Shown here: positions 52,064-64,000 of the stretch, in pieces
Position numbering within the stretch: the first letter of the stretch is position 1
Layout of the letters: every line of letters begins with the position of its first letter
NCBI GenBank assembly: GCA_028534125.1
Contig: CM052817.1
Coordinates: 104,100,001 to 104,164,000, forward strand
Direction: 5' to 3'
DNA from: Lama glama
Lineage: Eukaryota
DNA: 64,000 bases
Program-made: the position numbers and the translations under genes
Notes under the pieces: generated by a model
The model's database searches: none
What the model was told of the DNA's origin: nothing
The model's input: only the letters and a program-made list of their open reading frames with translations

Positions 52064-53442
52064 CGTATTGTTAACATTTCATGGCTTAGGTATCATTTCC
52101 TCTAACAAATTCCCCTGAAATTCCAAGAATTAGTTAGATGCTGTTTTTGTATTAGGTCATATCTACACTCTCTCTGTAACACTAGATTGTAATTGTCTCT
52201 TAAACAGCATTCCCTATTTGACTGTAAAAACATGTGTAGACAGGCCGTCTTTTATTTATTTATGAATCTCTGGTTGCTAGCCCTTGTCTGTCACATAGCA
52301 CTTCATGCTGGTATTTGTTGACAGTGCTTGCAAGTAGTTCTTACTTTATTATTTGCATTTATTATTTAACCCATGAGTTACATATATTTTTTAAAAATTT
52401 CAAGTGATTGTGGTTTTAGGGTGCCTCTCCAAACCTCATTATCAATAGATATTTTTGTTAAACTATATTTTTAGAATATGACATTTAATTTCTTCTTTTA
52501 GGAATCTATTGAAATTTTCTTCATGACTTCTTAACGGATTTGCTTCAGAAAAATATTTCAATATTTTAAAAGATATGTATTTCTGTTATAGAATACAGTG
52601 CCTGGTGCATAATTTTTTAAATCAAGTGGATATCATAAAACAATCTGTCTTTTATGTCTTATTTATTTTTAATGTGTAGGATCTATCAGTGACTGAGGGA
52701 GAGAGGTGTTAAAATGTCTCCTGTGCATCAGATTTTGATATTTCTCACCAGATTAATATTTGGTGTGACTTTATTTCTTTCTTTTTGGGTACCAGTTACA
52801 TTACCTTCTAAAGTTGGAGCGTAGGTGCAGAGTGATGGCAGATCCTGTGCTCTGCAGTCATCCTCAGGGTTGCTCTGTCGTTCTGAAACGGGGTGACTTC
52901 CTTGGCCCACAGACTGGGTCTTGAACGGTCCCTCAGGTGGGGTTCCTGGTGACAGTGGTCTTTCTCCTTTCTTCAGGGTCTTCCTCTGCCCTGAGCTTTG
53001 ATGTTGTACTCATGGTGTCCAAATGCAAGCCTCCTCCCTTCCCCACCAGTTGTCTCTGAACCTTACCCATTTTCGGATTAGTTTGTCCCTCAGTTTTGCC
53101 ACCTTGGTGTCTGCCCTGCTGTTTTGGTACCTAATAATAATGAGCCACTCATTCTCAGCTTGTTAGTTAAATTTCACCCTGATTTTGGCCGCTATGTTGA
53201 CTGTTATAATATATATTCCTATGTTATGAGTCTTTGCCTTTTTAATATTTTCATAAATATTTTATTATAAAGCTGGGAAAGTGGTTCAAAAGATAACAGA
53301 TATTTTCAATCAAAATTCTACAAACATTAATTTTAGTGGATACATCCTATAGTGTCTTACAGGTACACTCTTCCATGGATTTTCACAATTTAATGATTAC
53401 AAATAGGCTAACAAAAATCATTTGTAGCCATCTCTATTTCAG

Positions 53443-54150
53443 ATTTCTTTAGAATAAATTCAAGAAGTAGAATGACTGAGTGATTGAGTGTGAACATTTC
53501 TGAGCCTTTGATAGATTGTGAAAAAGTTCCTTCCACATAGTTTGAATCCAGCTATGCTTACGTCAGTACTACCTGAGAGCCTTTGTTTCAGTAATTCTCG
53601 GCTATTTTGGAAGTTTTTGTTCAAATTATTTTTATCCCAATTGCATGGCAAAAATGATATGTCGTTGATTTAACTGACATTTCATTGGTTAGTGATTTTT
53701 GTGCTTTCTTCCTATTTTTTTCTCTCCTCGTGTTTCCACTTTAGCATGTTGTGTGATGTGCTTTGCCCATTATCTGTTGACTTCCAGAATATTTCTTATC
53801 AGTAAATGTTCCAGTTCAGTGTGAATTACCAGCTACTATTTTTCTATAGAAATATATCTTTTTTTAAAACATTTTAGCAGAAATTATATCTAATTTGCAA
53901 GTATCCATCTTTCATGAACACAGATATGAAGACCAAAATCTAATTTAAGTTTTATTTCTAAAATCCTATGAGATAGTTGGAGATGTAGACCCAGAAATCT
54001 GTTGTCCAACAGTTATTTGCATGGACAATATTAGTGTGATATTTTGTTGTTTGATTCTCAAGATGAGAAAGAAAACAAAACATTTTGAAATGAATGCTAT
54101 CCACTTTTTATAAGAAAAGGACCCTGTTGCCTTGGAGAATATATTTTCTA
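53443..54150 (+). pseudogene. Two relic exons (53443-53687 and 53745-54150)
   Basis: tctctatttcAG..GTTAGT and tttccactttAG..GTTAAG. Read IVKKFLPHSLNPAMLTSVLPESLCFSNSRLFWKFLFKLFLSQL and VLFLKSYEIVGDVDPEICCPTVICMD. The intervening intron is only 57 nt. Confidence 0.55.
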
Positions 54151-54759
54151 GTTAAGCGGATTTAAATGCCTGCAGGGAATGTAATGCTCCTGGTTAAATC
54201 CTAGGAGCCCTAATGGTTCTAGGTCATGTTCTAGGTCACGTGCATGCTTTCACCCAGCTTAAAACTTTATCTTTGATGTTGACTCTAGAAAAAGAATTTC
54301 CCATACATTTGTAAGTCAATTCTGTTTCCATCTCAGCATATATTTCTTCTTACATGTAATTAAAAATAAAATAATCCCTATTGTAGAAAACATACTTTTT
54401 TGTCCAAAACCCCTGCATGTCCACATTTATGATTATATTGTCAAATTGTCTTTTGGATTTACAGACTTTAAACAGATGCCCTGTGAGATTTTACAATCCA
54501 GATTATAAATGATTTTTAAATTTGAGACATTTATGACTATATCTTGATAAGGAAAATTAAATCATTGAAAATCAATTATATGTTTGTTTTTCAACCAATA
54601 GAATGATTCAGCTTTAGTTATAGGAACCTTTGAAAGCCAATTAATCTATTCCCTTATCTCAAAGTAGAATAATACTTAGACTACATACATTGGGAGAAAC
54701 ACACAAATGCATTTTTAACAAAGTTGGTTCACTATACCGTTGTTTTTCTGACATCTAAA

Positions 54760-54960
54760 TTAACCCTGCTGCTGATTCCTGATTATGGTTCTAGGGAGGG
54801 AAAGTAATTTTCTCTTGTCTCTAACACCCTTCAAATATTGGAAGACCACTTTTAGGTCATGCCTCAATGTGACATCTGTATTTAACTTTCTGCTGCATTC
54901 CCATGTTAGCATCCTCTCCTTCAAGTGCAATAACAACTCTAGAATTGTTGGAGTGATGAG
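54760..54960 (-). mobile_element. CR1/L3 LINE ORF2 C-terminal relic
   Basis: Minus-strand peptide LRHDLKVVFQYLKG resembles the CR1 LRGDLIxVFxYLKG motif. Confidence 0.6.
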
Positions 54961-56816
54961 GGCCAAACACACTCTTACATTTTCCCAGATCCCAGCTGGG
55001 TTTGTGTCTGCTTGGAGGGTCTCAGAAAACTCTTAGTTATGGAATGCAATGAGGGTGTCTTTGGTTCCTTGACAACACCACAGAGTTGTTTTGTCTATAA
55101 TCCCCTGGATTTATGCTCAATTAAATAATTATGTTACCCTAGGCTGACGAGCATCTAGCTGGCAACCTGGGATGAAGACAGAAGTGGCAAAGGAGTAGAT
55201 TGTGAGCAGAGAATGTCCATCTTATGTTATTTTTTAAGTGTCTCTCTGACTTTAATCCATGGGTACAACCCAGTTGCTGTGACTGATGAGCATCAGGAGA
55301 GTCTTTGTAACTCCCTTTACCCCATGATATGTTTACCTTTCTCAGTGGTTCTTCATGTTACACTGTGCCTGTCTGTGCTTCTGCACCTTCATGTTCTTGT
55401 TCATAACAATTGTAACTACTTTACAGGAAGGCTAGAAACTTTTTTTGCTTATTAAGAAGTTGATTATGGTAATTTGCTGACAGAATATCACTTTGAAATA
55501 TTTAGGAAGTATATTTTTACACATAATAGAGAATAGTTCTAGCCAGCACTAATAGAGGAGAAAAAATATTTTCTCTCATCATAGAAATACACTACTTTTT
55601 GAGTTATTGACTCATTTTCAGCATTTTTATGTCTTTAGCAAAATAGCTTAATGCTCAAAAATGTCCGAAGCATCCTAGTCCAGCTGATGAAATTAACTGT
55701 CCTTCATTTCAGAGACACAGTCATGTGGCAGCACCCCCAAAACACTGGTCTCACTGTACCCTGACAATGGTTAAGACATACTTACTTTCTCCTTCCTTCG
55801 TTGAATAATTAATCGTGTAACACTATGCTCCAGATATTGTGATAGGTACTTCGTTAAAACAAAACCTACTAAAGAGGTTTTTAAAGTTAGTTTTCATATC
55901 ATTATGATTTTAATAACTTTCACTTTGTAATTACTGTTATGATATTTCCTTTCCGTCACTTCCCAGATATTCCTTCCTCCTCTCAAGCCAACAACCGTCT
56001 TCCCCAAATTGTATCAAATGGTTTCAGTCCACATCCAGGATGACAGATCATTAACAGGGATTATTTGTCAGTTCTTGGTGATAAGTGACATTCTTAATCA
56101 GTGTTTTCACTTAACATCTATTAATTCCTTTAAGAAAAAGTGCAGTGTGGTTTACTGATTTAAAACAGAGTCTTCTGGGCTTGAATATCAACTCTGCCTC
56201 TTTTTAGCAGTTGGTTGCTAATCTAAACACTTGGGTTCTTAATGGGTAGATGAAAGAGATCAATGAGATAATGACAATACGCAGTTAATACTGAATGAGT
56301 ACCACTCAATAACTGGCATTTATAGTAGAGAAGCATGTTGAACTCTTTATGATTAAATGTGAAATGTATTATATTATTGAAGAATCCAACATTATTGTTG
56401 GCCATTTATGGACTCATTAAAGTAAGGGCTTCCTATCTTGAAACAGAAATTTAGTTCAGAAAAATCATCCTGCAGAGTGCTTTTCTAATGATAAGACCCA
56501 TGACATACCTCCTTGGATAATGTATATATTTTTAGCCAGTACTCACAAAAATTATGTAGTGGTCTTAGCTACTGGAAATAAAAATGAGCCCTGGTGTGTC
56601 CAACTTAACCCACACTTGAAAAGCAGATGCGTATTTAGAAAAACAAAAGTTATTTTTCATCGTTTAGGGCTCACAATGTTCAGTCTTTAACAATATTATA
56701 AATCCCAAGATTTAAAATGAACCAACAAAACATTATTTTTGGAAGGTTGCATTTCCAGAAGGCATATCGTTTGTTCTTAATTGCTTTTTCCTTTTTTTTT
56801 TTAGTTTTTTTATTAG

Positions 56817-58310
56817 CCAAAGCCATCAATGCCTTGTAATAATTAAATAACTCCTTCCCACACAACACGTTTTCTGTAACTCAGAACAAGGATGCTTGGC
56901 CAGATTTTTTTTCCCACAGTTCAATCTTTCCCTTGTTCCAGTTATAGCCTCTCTTGGCTCACACCAATCCAGAAAAGTGGTGAGGAATGCATAACCATAA
57001 TTATCTTTCATAATAGAGATGATTTTCATGCACTAAGACTGAGTTGAGAGTTGCACTACAGAATTGTTGCAGGAATGTAGAAAAAAACTCAATTGGCATT
57101 TGCCTTTGAGAAATCAGTAATAACTGTACCTCTCTTTAGGTGCCCAAGAGTTTTATTTTTGATAACTATGTATTATTTTTACCACACAAAAAATTTTAAA
57201 GTACAGTATTCTCTCTTCAGTCTATTCCTTGGTGTCAATGGGAATTCAGCAAATGAAATGACAATAGGGTATGTTTCAAAGGGAAAGTGCTATTGTTGAG
57301 AGCATAATATGAATGTTACTATTACGATTTTGTGCTGTTGGGTTGAGAATATAAACCTTTTGGATCTGAGTATTCAGAATTTTATTTTTTATCTTTAGCT
57401 CCATGATGGCACCATATGCAGTGAGATAAATAAGAGATTCGCCTATAATACATGATTTTGAAAGGGTTGAAAATCTCTTTTTATATGACAGCAAATTTAA
57501 CTTGGACTAAATCTGTGATTTATTGCCTCTAAAAACCTCATAAAACTAATATTTTTGGTTTATCTAGGGATTTTAAGTAAATTAAAAATCAAAGTATGTA
57601 TTAGATTGATATGAAATCCTATTTAAACAGAATCATGAAATGCAAATTTTGCTGTACCTGGAATATTAGATCCACTACGTGGAAAGCATTTCAATTGCTG
57701 GAAAAATAATCCTGTATTTTTGGAGATGTCAGATGAGATTATGTAGATGAAAGACATATATTAAAAGGAGAGATGGAGAAAAAACTTATTAAATGGTCCC
57801 TAGGTTAAGGTTATGTATTCAAGCAATTGAAGGTGGTAAGTGAGCATAAAAAAGACTTTTGGGTTCTGTGTCTCATAAGTAAGTGAATTCCTTCAATAAA
57901 ATATAAGGAGAAGACCATTTTATTTGATTTCATTAGTTAAAAAAAATTATCGTTAACTTTTCTACTCACACAGAAGCATTGCTTCATTTATATGTTCAGA
58001 CAAAATCATCAGTGAAGTTTGTTTCCTTGACCTTAATAATAGTTCAAGCAATATGGATCAAGAGCTGAATCTTAGATTACAGGGCTGTGGAACACAAATG
58101 AAAACGATGATAAAGTGGTGCATACTGTGCAACATTTCTTACTTGAATTTTGGAAGTCTGCAAGTCTATAACTCATACAAAACCCTAGAAAAGCAAATTA
58201 TAAATATTCAGTTTTGGAAGTTGGCAAATTTATCACTTACATAAAATACTAGCTTAGAATAGCAAATAATACTTGCTTGTTTGAATAAACTTCTGCAGTA
58301 GCAATTGCAT
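56817..58310 (+). pseudogene. Three relic exons (about 56817-57076, 57221-57835, 57974-58310)
   Basis: Acceptors ttttattAG, ctctcttcAG and ctcacacAG; GTAAGT donor at 57836. ...LCIQAIEG joins EALLHLYVQTKSSVKF in phase 1. One frameshift in the T-run at 57385-57390. Confidence 0.55.
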
Positions 58311-58509
58311 TTGTATAATTAAATTATTCTCCAAATTTAAAAAAGTGTTTTTTATCCAAAGTATGGAAATTCTTATCTCTTCCTTATTTAATTCCCTTAT
58401 CTTAAAGTAGAGATAAGGTATCTAAAAAGTAATAAGTACCTTATCTAAAGTATGGAAATTCAATATAATTTAATTCAACTTATATTTATTGTATATTTTT
58501 ATAGCTAAG

Positions 58510-60401
58510 AAATGACTGGTAGAGCTACTTATTAGTCATCTGTGTGTCTTCTTTGGTGAGGTGTCAAGATCTTTAGTCCATTTTTTAAATCACTTGTTCA
58601 TTTTTATTGCTGAGTTTTAAGTATTCTTTGTATATTTTGGGTAACAGTCCTTTATCAGATGTGTCTTTTGCAAATATTTTATCCCAGTCTGTGGCTTGCT
58701 TCTCATTTTTTTTTTTTTGACATTGTCCTTTGCAGAGCAGGATCTTTTTAATGTTTGTGAACTCCAGCTTGTCAATTACTTCTTTTACAGATCATACCTT
58801 GATGATGTAGCTGAAACAGTCATCATCAGATTCAAGGTCATCTAGGTTTTCTCCTGTTATCTTCTGGGAAGTTTATTGTTTTGCATTTTACTTGTAGGTC
58901 TGTGATCCATTCTGACTTAACTTCTGTGAAGGGTGTAGTCTTTGTCTAGATTTTTTTTTTCTTTTCGCTTGTAGATGTCCTGTTGTTCCAGCACCATTTG
59001 TTGAAACTCTTTGCTCCATTACATTGCCTTTGTTCCTTTACAGAAGATCAGTGCATCATCTCTAGGCTCTGTGTTCTGTTCCAGTTGACCTCGCTGTCTA
59101 TTCATTCACCAACTTTCTCCATTTCATCTGTAGTTTAGTGTCTGACATTAATTCTGGGGAGATTTCTCAGTCATTATGGCTCAGATATCATACTGTTCCT
59201 TTCTCTCTTTCTTTTCATTCTGCTAGTCCTGTTATGCCTATTACACAACATTTATGCTTGTCCCACAGTTCTTAGATATCCTGTTCTGTCCTTTCTCCTT
59301 TCAAGTTTTAGAAGTTTCTCCTGTCACATCCTCGAGCTCAAAGTCTTTCCTCAGCCATGTTCAGCCTGCTGTGAACCCATCAAATGCTTTCTTCACCTCT
59401 GTTACAGTGGTCTTGACCTCTAGCATTTCTCTTTTATTCTTTCTTAGAATGTCCATCTCTCTGAGTACATTATCCACCTGTTCTTGCTTATTGTCTGCTT
59501 TTCCATTAAATCCCTCAACATAGTCATCAAAGCTTGTTAAAATTCCAGCCTTGGTGCTCTGTCTGACTCTGGTTCTGACACTTGCACAGTCTCTTCAAAT
59601 GTTGTTTTTCCCTTTCACTGTGCCTTATAATTGTCCATTGAAAGATGGACATGAGGCATTAGGTAAAGGGAAGGAGGGTAAACAGGCCTTCAGTAATGCA
59701 GTGGCGAGGGGTGGGGGTGGGGGGAAGCGTTCAGTGTCCCGTGATGGGTCTCAGCTTTTCATGAGCCTTGCTCCTGGGCTGTGAATGTCACACGTGCTTC
59801 TCAGTTTTCAGGTGGGACAGGTTAGCGAGAGGGCTGGAGTTGCTGCTCCCCCCGCCACCACCTCCCAGGTCAGTCAAGCTGTGATAAAAGCCCAGCAGGT
59901 CAGGCTCTGGTTAATGAGTTTCTCCTGAGGTCAAGCTCGTTAAAAAGGGCGTGCTCTGGCATATTTGAAAGTCGTTCCTTTAAACACTAGCCCCACAAGA
60001 AGCACGGGCGGATTTTTCTCTGCTACTCACTGTGAGACCCTGGGCTGAGCTCCTGGACGTAGAACTCACGAGAGGGTGGAGGTCTGCTCCGACTGGATCT
60101 CCCTGAGTTTTTAACTCTCAGACTTGTCCACACTGAGGCTCCAGGGCTGGTTCATTGGCGTTTGGGTTTTCCCACCGGGGCGCTAGTTCCTGCGGAGGTT
60201 TCTGCTCTAGTAAGTTGTGATTCTCTTTATCTACCTGTTTGTCTCTTCAGTTTTGAGAGCAGTGGTTTGCTCTGAGACCTCACTGCTCTGACGGATTTAA
60301 GAAAAGTTGCTGATTTTTTAGTGCGTTCAGCTTTTTACTGGTTGTGAGGACGGAGTGGTGACTTCTAAGCTCCTTACATGCGAGACTGGATACTGGAAGT
60401 C
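58510..60401 (-). mobile_element. Old L1M element: ORF2 3' part (to about 59110) joined to ORF1/5'UTR region (59120-60401)
   Basis: Antisense ORF2 motifs (gttccagcaccatttgttgaa); GC-richer 5'UTR ending ...ctggaagtc. Confidence 0.75.
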
Positions 60402-60424
60402 TAAAGTACCGGTTTTATGTGAAG

Positions 60425-61779
60425 TGAATGATGACTTCCTAAAATTATGAGGGTGAAATTGTGTTGGAGGATAAAAACCAAATTCTTTCTTTCCTCTTGC
60501 AAAAGATTCTTCTTCTTTGGTTCAGTACCACACTAGAAAGGGCCAACGTTGTACCACTGGAAAGTTTTCACGATTAACGTTTCGGCTGTTTTCGTTCAAT
60601 AACAGAAGAAATGTGCATTTGGAAAGTTTCATTTGTAGCATTTCATGTAATGGTTTTTGTATGTGTGGTGCAGAGTGGAAAGTTGCACATCTAAAAAAAT
60701 ATATTTTTTGTCCTTTGGGAACTTCTAGTCTAAATTGAATTAGCTTCCCTTTATGTAGCAAGCATTCTTTCTTGTGTGTGATACCATTTTATGATCCTCA
60801 GTTTCTTCATCTGTTAAATGGGATAAATCACAGCTCCCTGATGACGAGTGTTGTTGCAATGAGATAATCATACTCCTGTGTCCAACACAGTCCTTAGTAA
60901 ATGTGAGATGCTCCCAGTTTTTAAGGATCCTCCGCTAAGTTGGAAATCTTGCTCTGTGAGGCTAATAAAGAGTAGACTACAGATGCTAAAACAGATTAAA
61001 AAACCCAAAATCATATCCGTAGGTTAAGATAATCTAAAAGAAGTATGGCTAATAGGAATAGAAAGTGAATGTACTACACGTTATTTCTAGATTTGCTTCT
61101 ATTTTTGTGCCTTTAGGTTTTAAATTAGTGTTGGAAATTACCCATAGGAGTCCTTTTAGGTCTGTTTTTCTGTGGCAATGTGGAATCAGATTTTTCAAAA
61201 TGTGCTGAAGCAGAATTGGGTGGTGCCAGAATTCAACATGAAGGCCACCAGAAACATTTGCTCACTTTGGCTGTTTCCTCGGGGATCTAACCAAGTGCCC
61301 GTCTGTACCAGACCATTGGATCGAGCTTGGTGATGGGGGGATGCTGTGCAGTATACTTCGTTAAAAAACAAGGTGTACTCTTTTGGGAGGAATATTTTTG
61401 CCTAGGGCATCTCTGCTCTTCTGCATAAAAAGCAGGGCATTTCCTTTGGCTGTTGTCACTGCCCTCATGCCTCAGAATCAATTCCATGTTGCCCTTTCAT
61501 CAGCCGGAGATGGAACCATCACACCAGCACTCACCCTTGAAATGCCCCCTTTAGAAAGCATGTGGCAAGATGAATCATCAGCCTACCAATTGAATTCTGT
61601 ATGGCACTTGCTCCAGGAGAAAGCCAGCTGATTATTTAAAACAAAAACCGGAAAACCAAAAAGCAAAACTTTCAGCTACATCCCACCTCATCTGACTGTA
61701 TTTCTCACTTCCTGCAGTTGTCTGAGCAGAGACAGTGGAAGCATCAATTGGTGACTTTTTTTGTCCCCACAGAGTTCAG
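60425..61779 (+). pseudogene. Two relic exons (about 60425-60750 and 61117-61779)
   Basis: NYEGEIVLEDKNQILSFLLQKILLLWFSTTLE; then tgcctttAG acceptor, FQNVLKQNWVVPEFNMKATRNICSLWLFP...KVYSFGRNIFA, and CAG|GTAAAA donor at 61780. Confidence 0.5.
60790..60905 (+). mobile_element. MIR relic
   Basis: cctcagtttcttcatctgttaaatgggata core. Confidence 0.75.
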
Positions 61780-63099
61780 GTAAAATGCCATGTGCCCCAA
61801 GTGAGGGGAAAGATGAAGGGACGTATAGTAAATGGGAGACCTTCCCTCTAAAATCACCACTTACATATCTTTTCTAGTGACATCTAGGGGAAAAAAAAAT
61901 CTCAACATGCGCCATCTTTGAGACTTGAGATTTGGGACCGAATAATGCCAACAGGAGTTTTTCATGTCGATTCTAATTTCAGTATTCCACTTGGCTGCTG
62001 CTGATTTGCAGCAGTGGTCTGTGAGGGTGTGACTCATTATAATCCTGTTTCTCCTCTGCTTAAAATGGACTGCAAGTCAAGATGAAGGCACCGAATTTGG
62101 CTAATTTCAGATCACATTGCTTGCTTCATGGCTTTGAAAATGAGATGGCAATTTATGAATTGGTCTATTTTAACACATACGTTTCTCTGCCGTTACTCTG
62201 AACAGATGAAAGTGATCATGTGGTGCCCAGTTCCTTGATGCTTTTGTACAGTAGCCTCAAAATGATTCTCTGAGTTAATAGTATAGGTGATGTTTGTACG
62301 TATGCTTTCTAGGAAATATGTGAAGCTTTTTAATGAAGTAAAAATTTTACTATTCCTTTCTGCTTCCTTTTCTTTTTCAATTTCTTATAAAAGTGGCATC
62401 TCCTAGATTGTAAATAAATTCAAAGACATGTTGAAAACCAAATTGGAGGGAGGATGGTGCACGTAAGAATTACTGTGAAAATGTCTTTCATCTGTTGCTT
62501 CATTTCTTATTATGCAGATTTCTTGGCAAAAGATAACATGGGGGAGGGTCTGTAAATTAATATATTTAACCTGATGGCAGTAAGAAATGTAGCATCTGTT
62601 CTTGGTGTTCTTGAGGATAATTTACTTCATTAATGCATAATTTCATGCCTGTGAAAGAGAGAAACTCTTGACTGCTGAAGGTGAAATGAGAAGTCAGGCT
62701 TCACTGGAGAAGAGCAAACTTGTGTTCTCTGGAGAATTTGACATTTACGGGCAATATGCATATGCATGTGTGGGGAGGAGGAGGCTTTGGGGAAAGTCGC
62801 CTCTTGAGGCTGTTTTCATAATTTGGAAAACACCAATACGTGAATGACTTGTCCTGCCCTGCTGGCAATGTAGACAGGCTGACATGCACAGGATAGAGTG
62901 AGCAGGCCTGTGTACACTTGCCAGCCAGATGGTCCGAGACAGTTTATTAGCAGTGTCCTTAGATGATGTCTTCATTAGCTTCTTCAGGCAAGATGACTGT
63001 TAGTCTAGTATGGCTTTAGTAGAGCCCTGGATAAAAGGCACCCATATTGGGAAAAACCAGGCTAAACAGGTGTGAAGGTAAAGGTGTAGTTACCAAATT

Positions 63100-63335
63100 T
63101 CCCAATTGCTCACCAGGAGAGAGAAGGACTCAAGATCTGGTTTCTCCAACCCAGCAGAAGGCAGGCAGGCCAAGGCAACAAGGAGGATCTAGAGCTTGGT
63201 GACACTTATTTGTGCTTCTGGATCGAGCTATGCCTGAAGCTGGATTACCAAAAGATTTTTCTGGTAACTCAAGCAATTAAGTTCCTTTTATTTTTTACAT
63301 TAATTTGAGTAAGGTTCTGTTATCACAACCAAGCC
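63100..63335 (+). mobile_element. MLT1J/K-like LTR 3' part
   Basis: ctggatcgagctatgcctgaagct...tttgagtaaggttctgttatcacaacc. Confidence 0.6.
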
Positions 63336-63476
63336 TGCTGTACAACCAGGAAAGCTAGTACTTAATAGTGAACTCATGAAGTTCCAAGAAGAAGATAGAA
63401 ACAAAAAACTCTTAGGATAAAGGTACAATGAAGCAGATTAATCTCTTAAAAATAGAAGATCTGGTTTCTGCATTAT

Positions 63477-63499
63477 TGTGTGTGTGTGTGTGTGTGTGT
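63477..63499. repeat. (TG)n microsatellite
   Basis: Direct reading. Confidence 0.95.
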
Positions 63500-64000
63500 A
63501 TTTTCATATCTTCCAAACCAAACTAGGAAACCTGGGCTACAGTAAAGGCATTTTTTTTCCTTTTGCCACAAAAGTAAGAAGAAGCAGTGTGCTGTGCTGT
63601 CCGTAGACAATAGAGAGGCACTCACAGAATATACTTACATTCTTATAAACCCCTGGAGGTCCTAGCATTCTGAGAAGTTTTCTTCCATAGAGGGCTCGGC
63701 TTGTATCTTTGAGCTTTAAGTATTTTTTTTTTTTATTTGGGGACATGTCAGAAAAGTTCTTATTTTACAAAAATCTTTCTTGGCTAAATTATTCCAAAAG
63801 TGCTTACATATTAAAACAGTATCATTTCCCTCCAAAAAAAATTTAAATAAAATCAGTGAACAAAATCTGCTAGAATAGTTATATTTGTGTGCTAGTCTGA
63901 ATCAGAAACTTTCCTGATTTTGACAGTTCAACATGTAAGTAGTATTTCTCAACTTCAAGAATTTATCTAGTGTGGCATCTTAAATCATGATGTACAAAAT

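Larger units (their letters stand above)
1315..61779 (+). pseudogene. Large decayed multi-exon (non-processed, probably unitary) pseudogene of an unrecognised very large protein; may extend beyond the window
   Basis: About 30 same-strand blocks with splice-like AG/GT boundaries, stop-poor protein-like frames and several phase-matched junctions, lying between recognisable repeats. Whether all blocks belong to one gene is inference. Confidence 0.75.

Noticed and set aside
58503..60425. Old L1 interrupting an exon as the inactivating event
   Set aside because: The left flank may itself be L1 sequence and a possible acceptor exists at 60423-60424, so the insertion may be intronic.

Overview
Eukaryotic, AT-rich mammalian DNA, most likely from a camelid (inferred from three tRNA-Ala-derived Vic-1-like SINEs). 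It has two 500-N assembly gaps and no intact protein-coding gene or true RNA gene that I can support. Much of it is ordinary repeat: L1 fragments of several ages (four with 5' inversions), MIR/L2/CR1 relics, MaLR/ERVL and ERV1-type LTRs, and MER DNA-transposon relics. The notable signal lies in the non-repeat DNA: about 30 decayed exon-like blocks, all on the + strand, from about 1.3 kb to 61.8 kb. They have AG/GT boundaries, long reading frames broken by few stops (often TGA) and occasional frameshifts, and several phase-compatible junctions. I read this as the relic of a very large multi-exon gene (over 10 kb of former coding sequence, or a tandem set of genes) that I cannot name from the sequence. 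Repeat family names come from recalled consensus similarity, not from a search.
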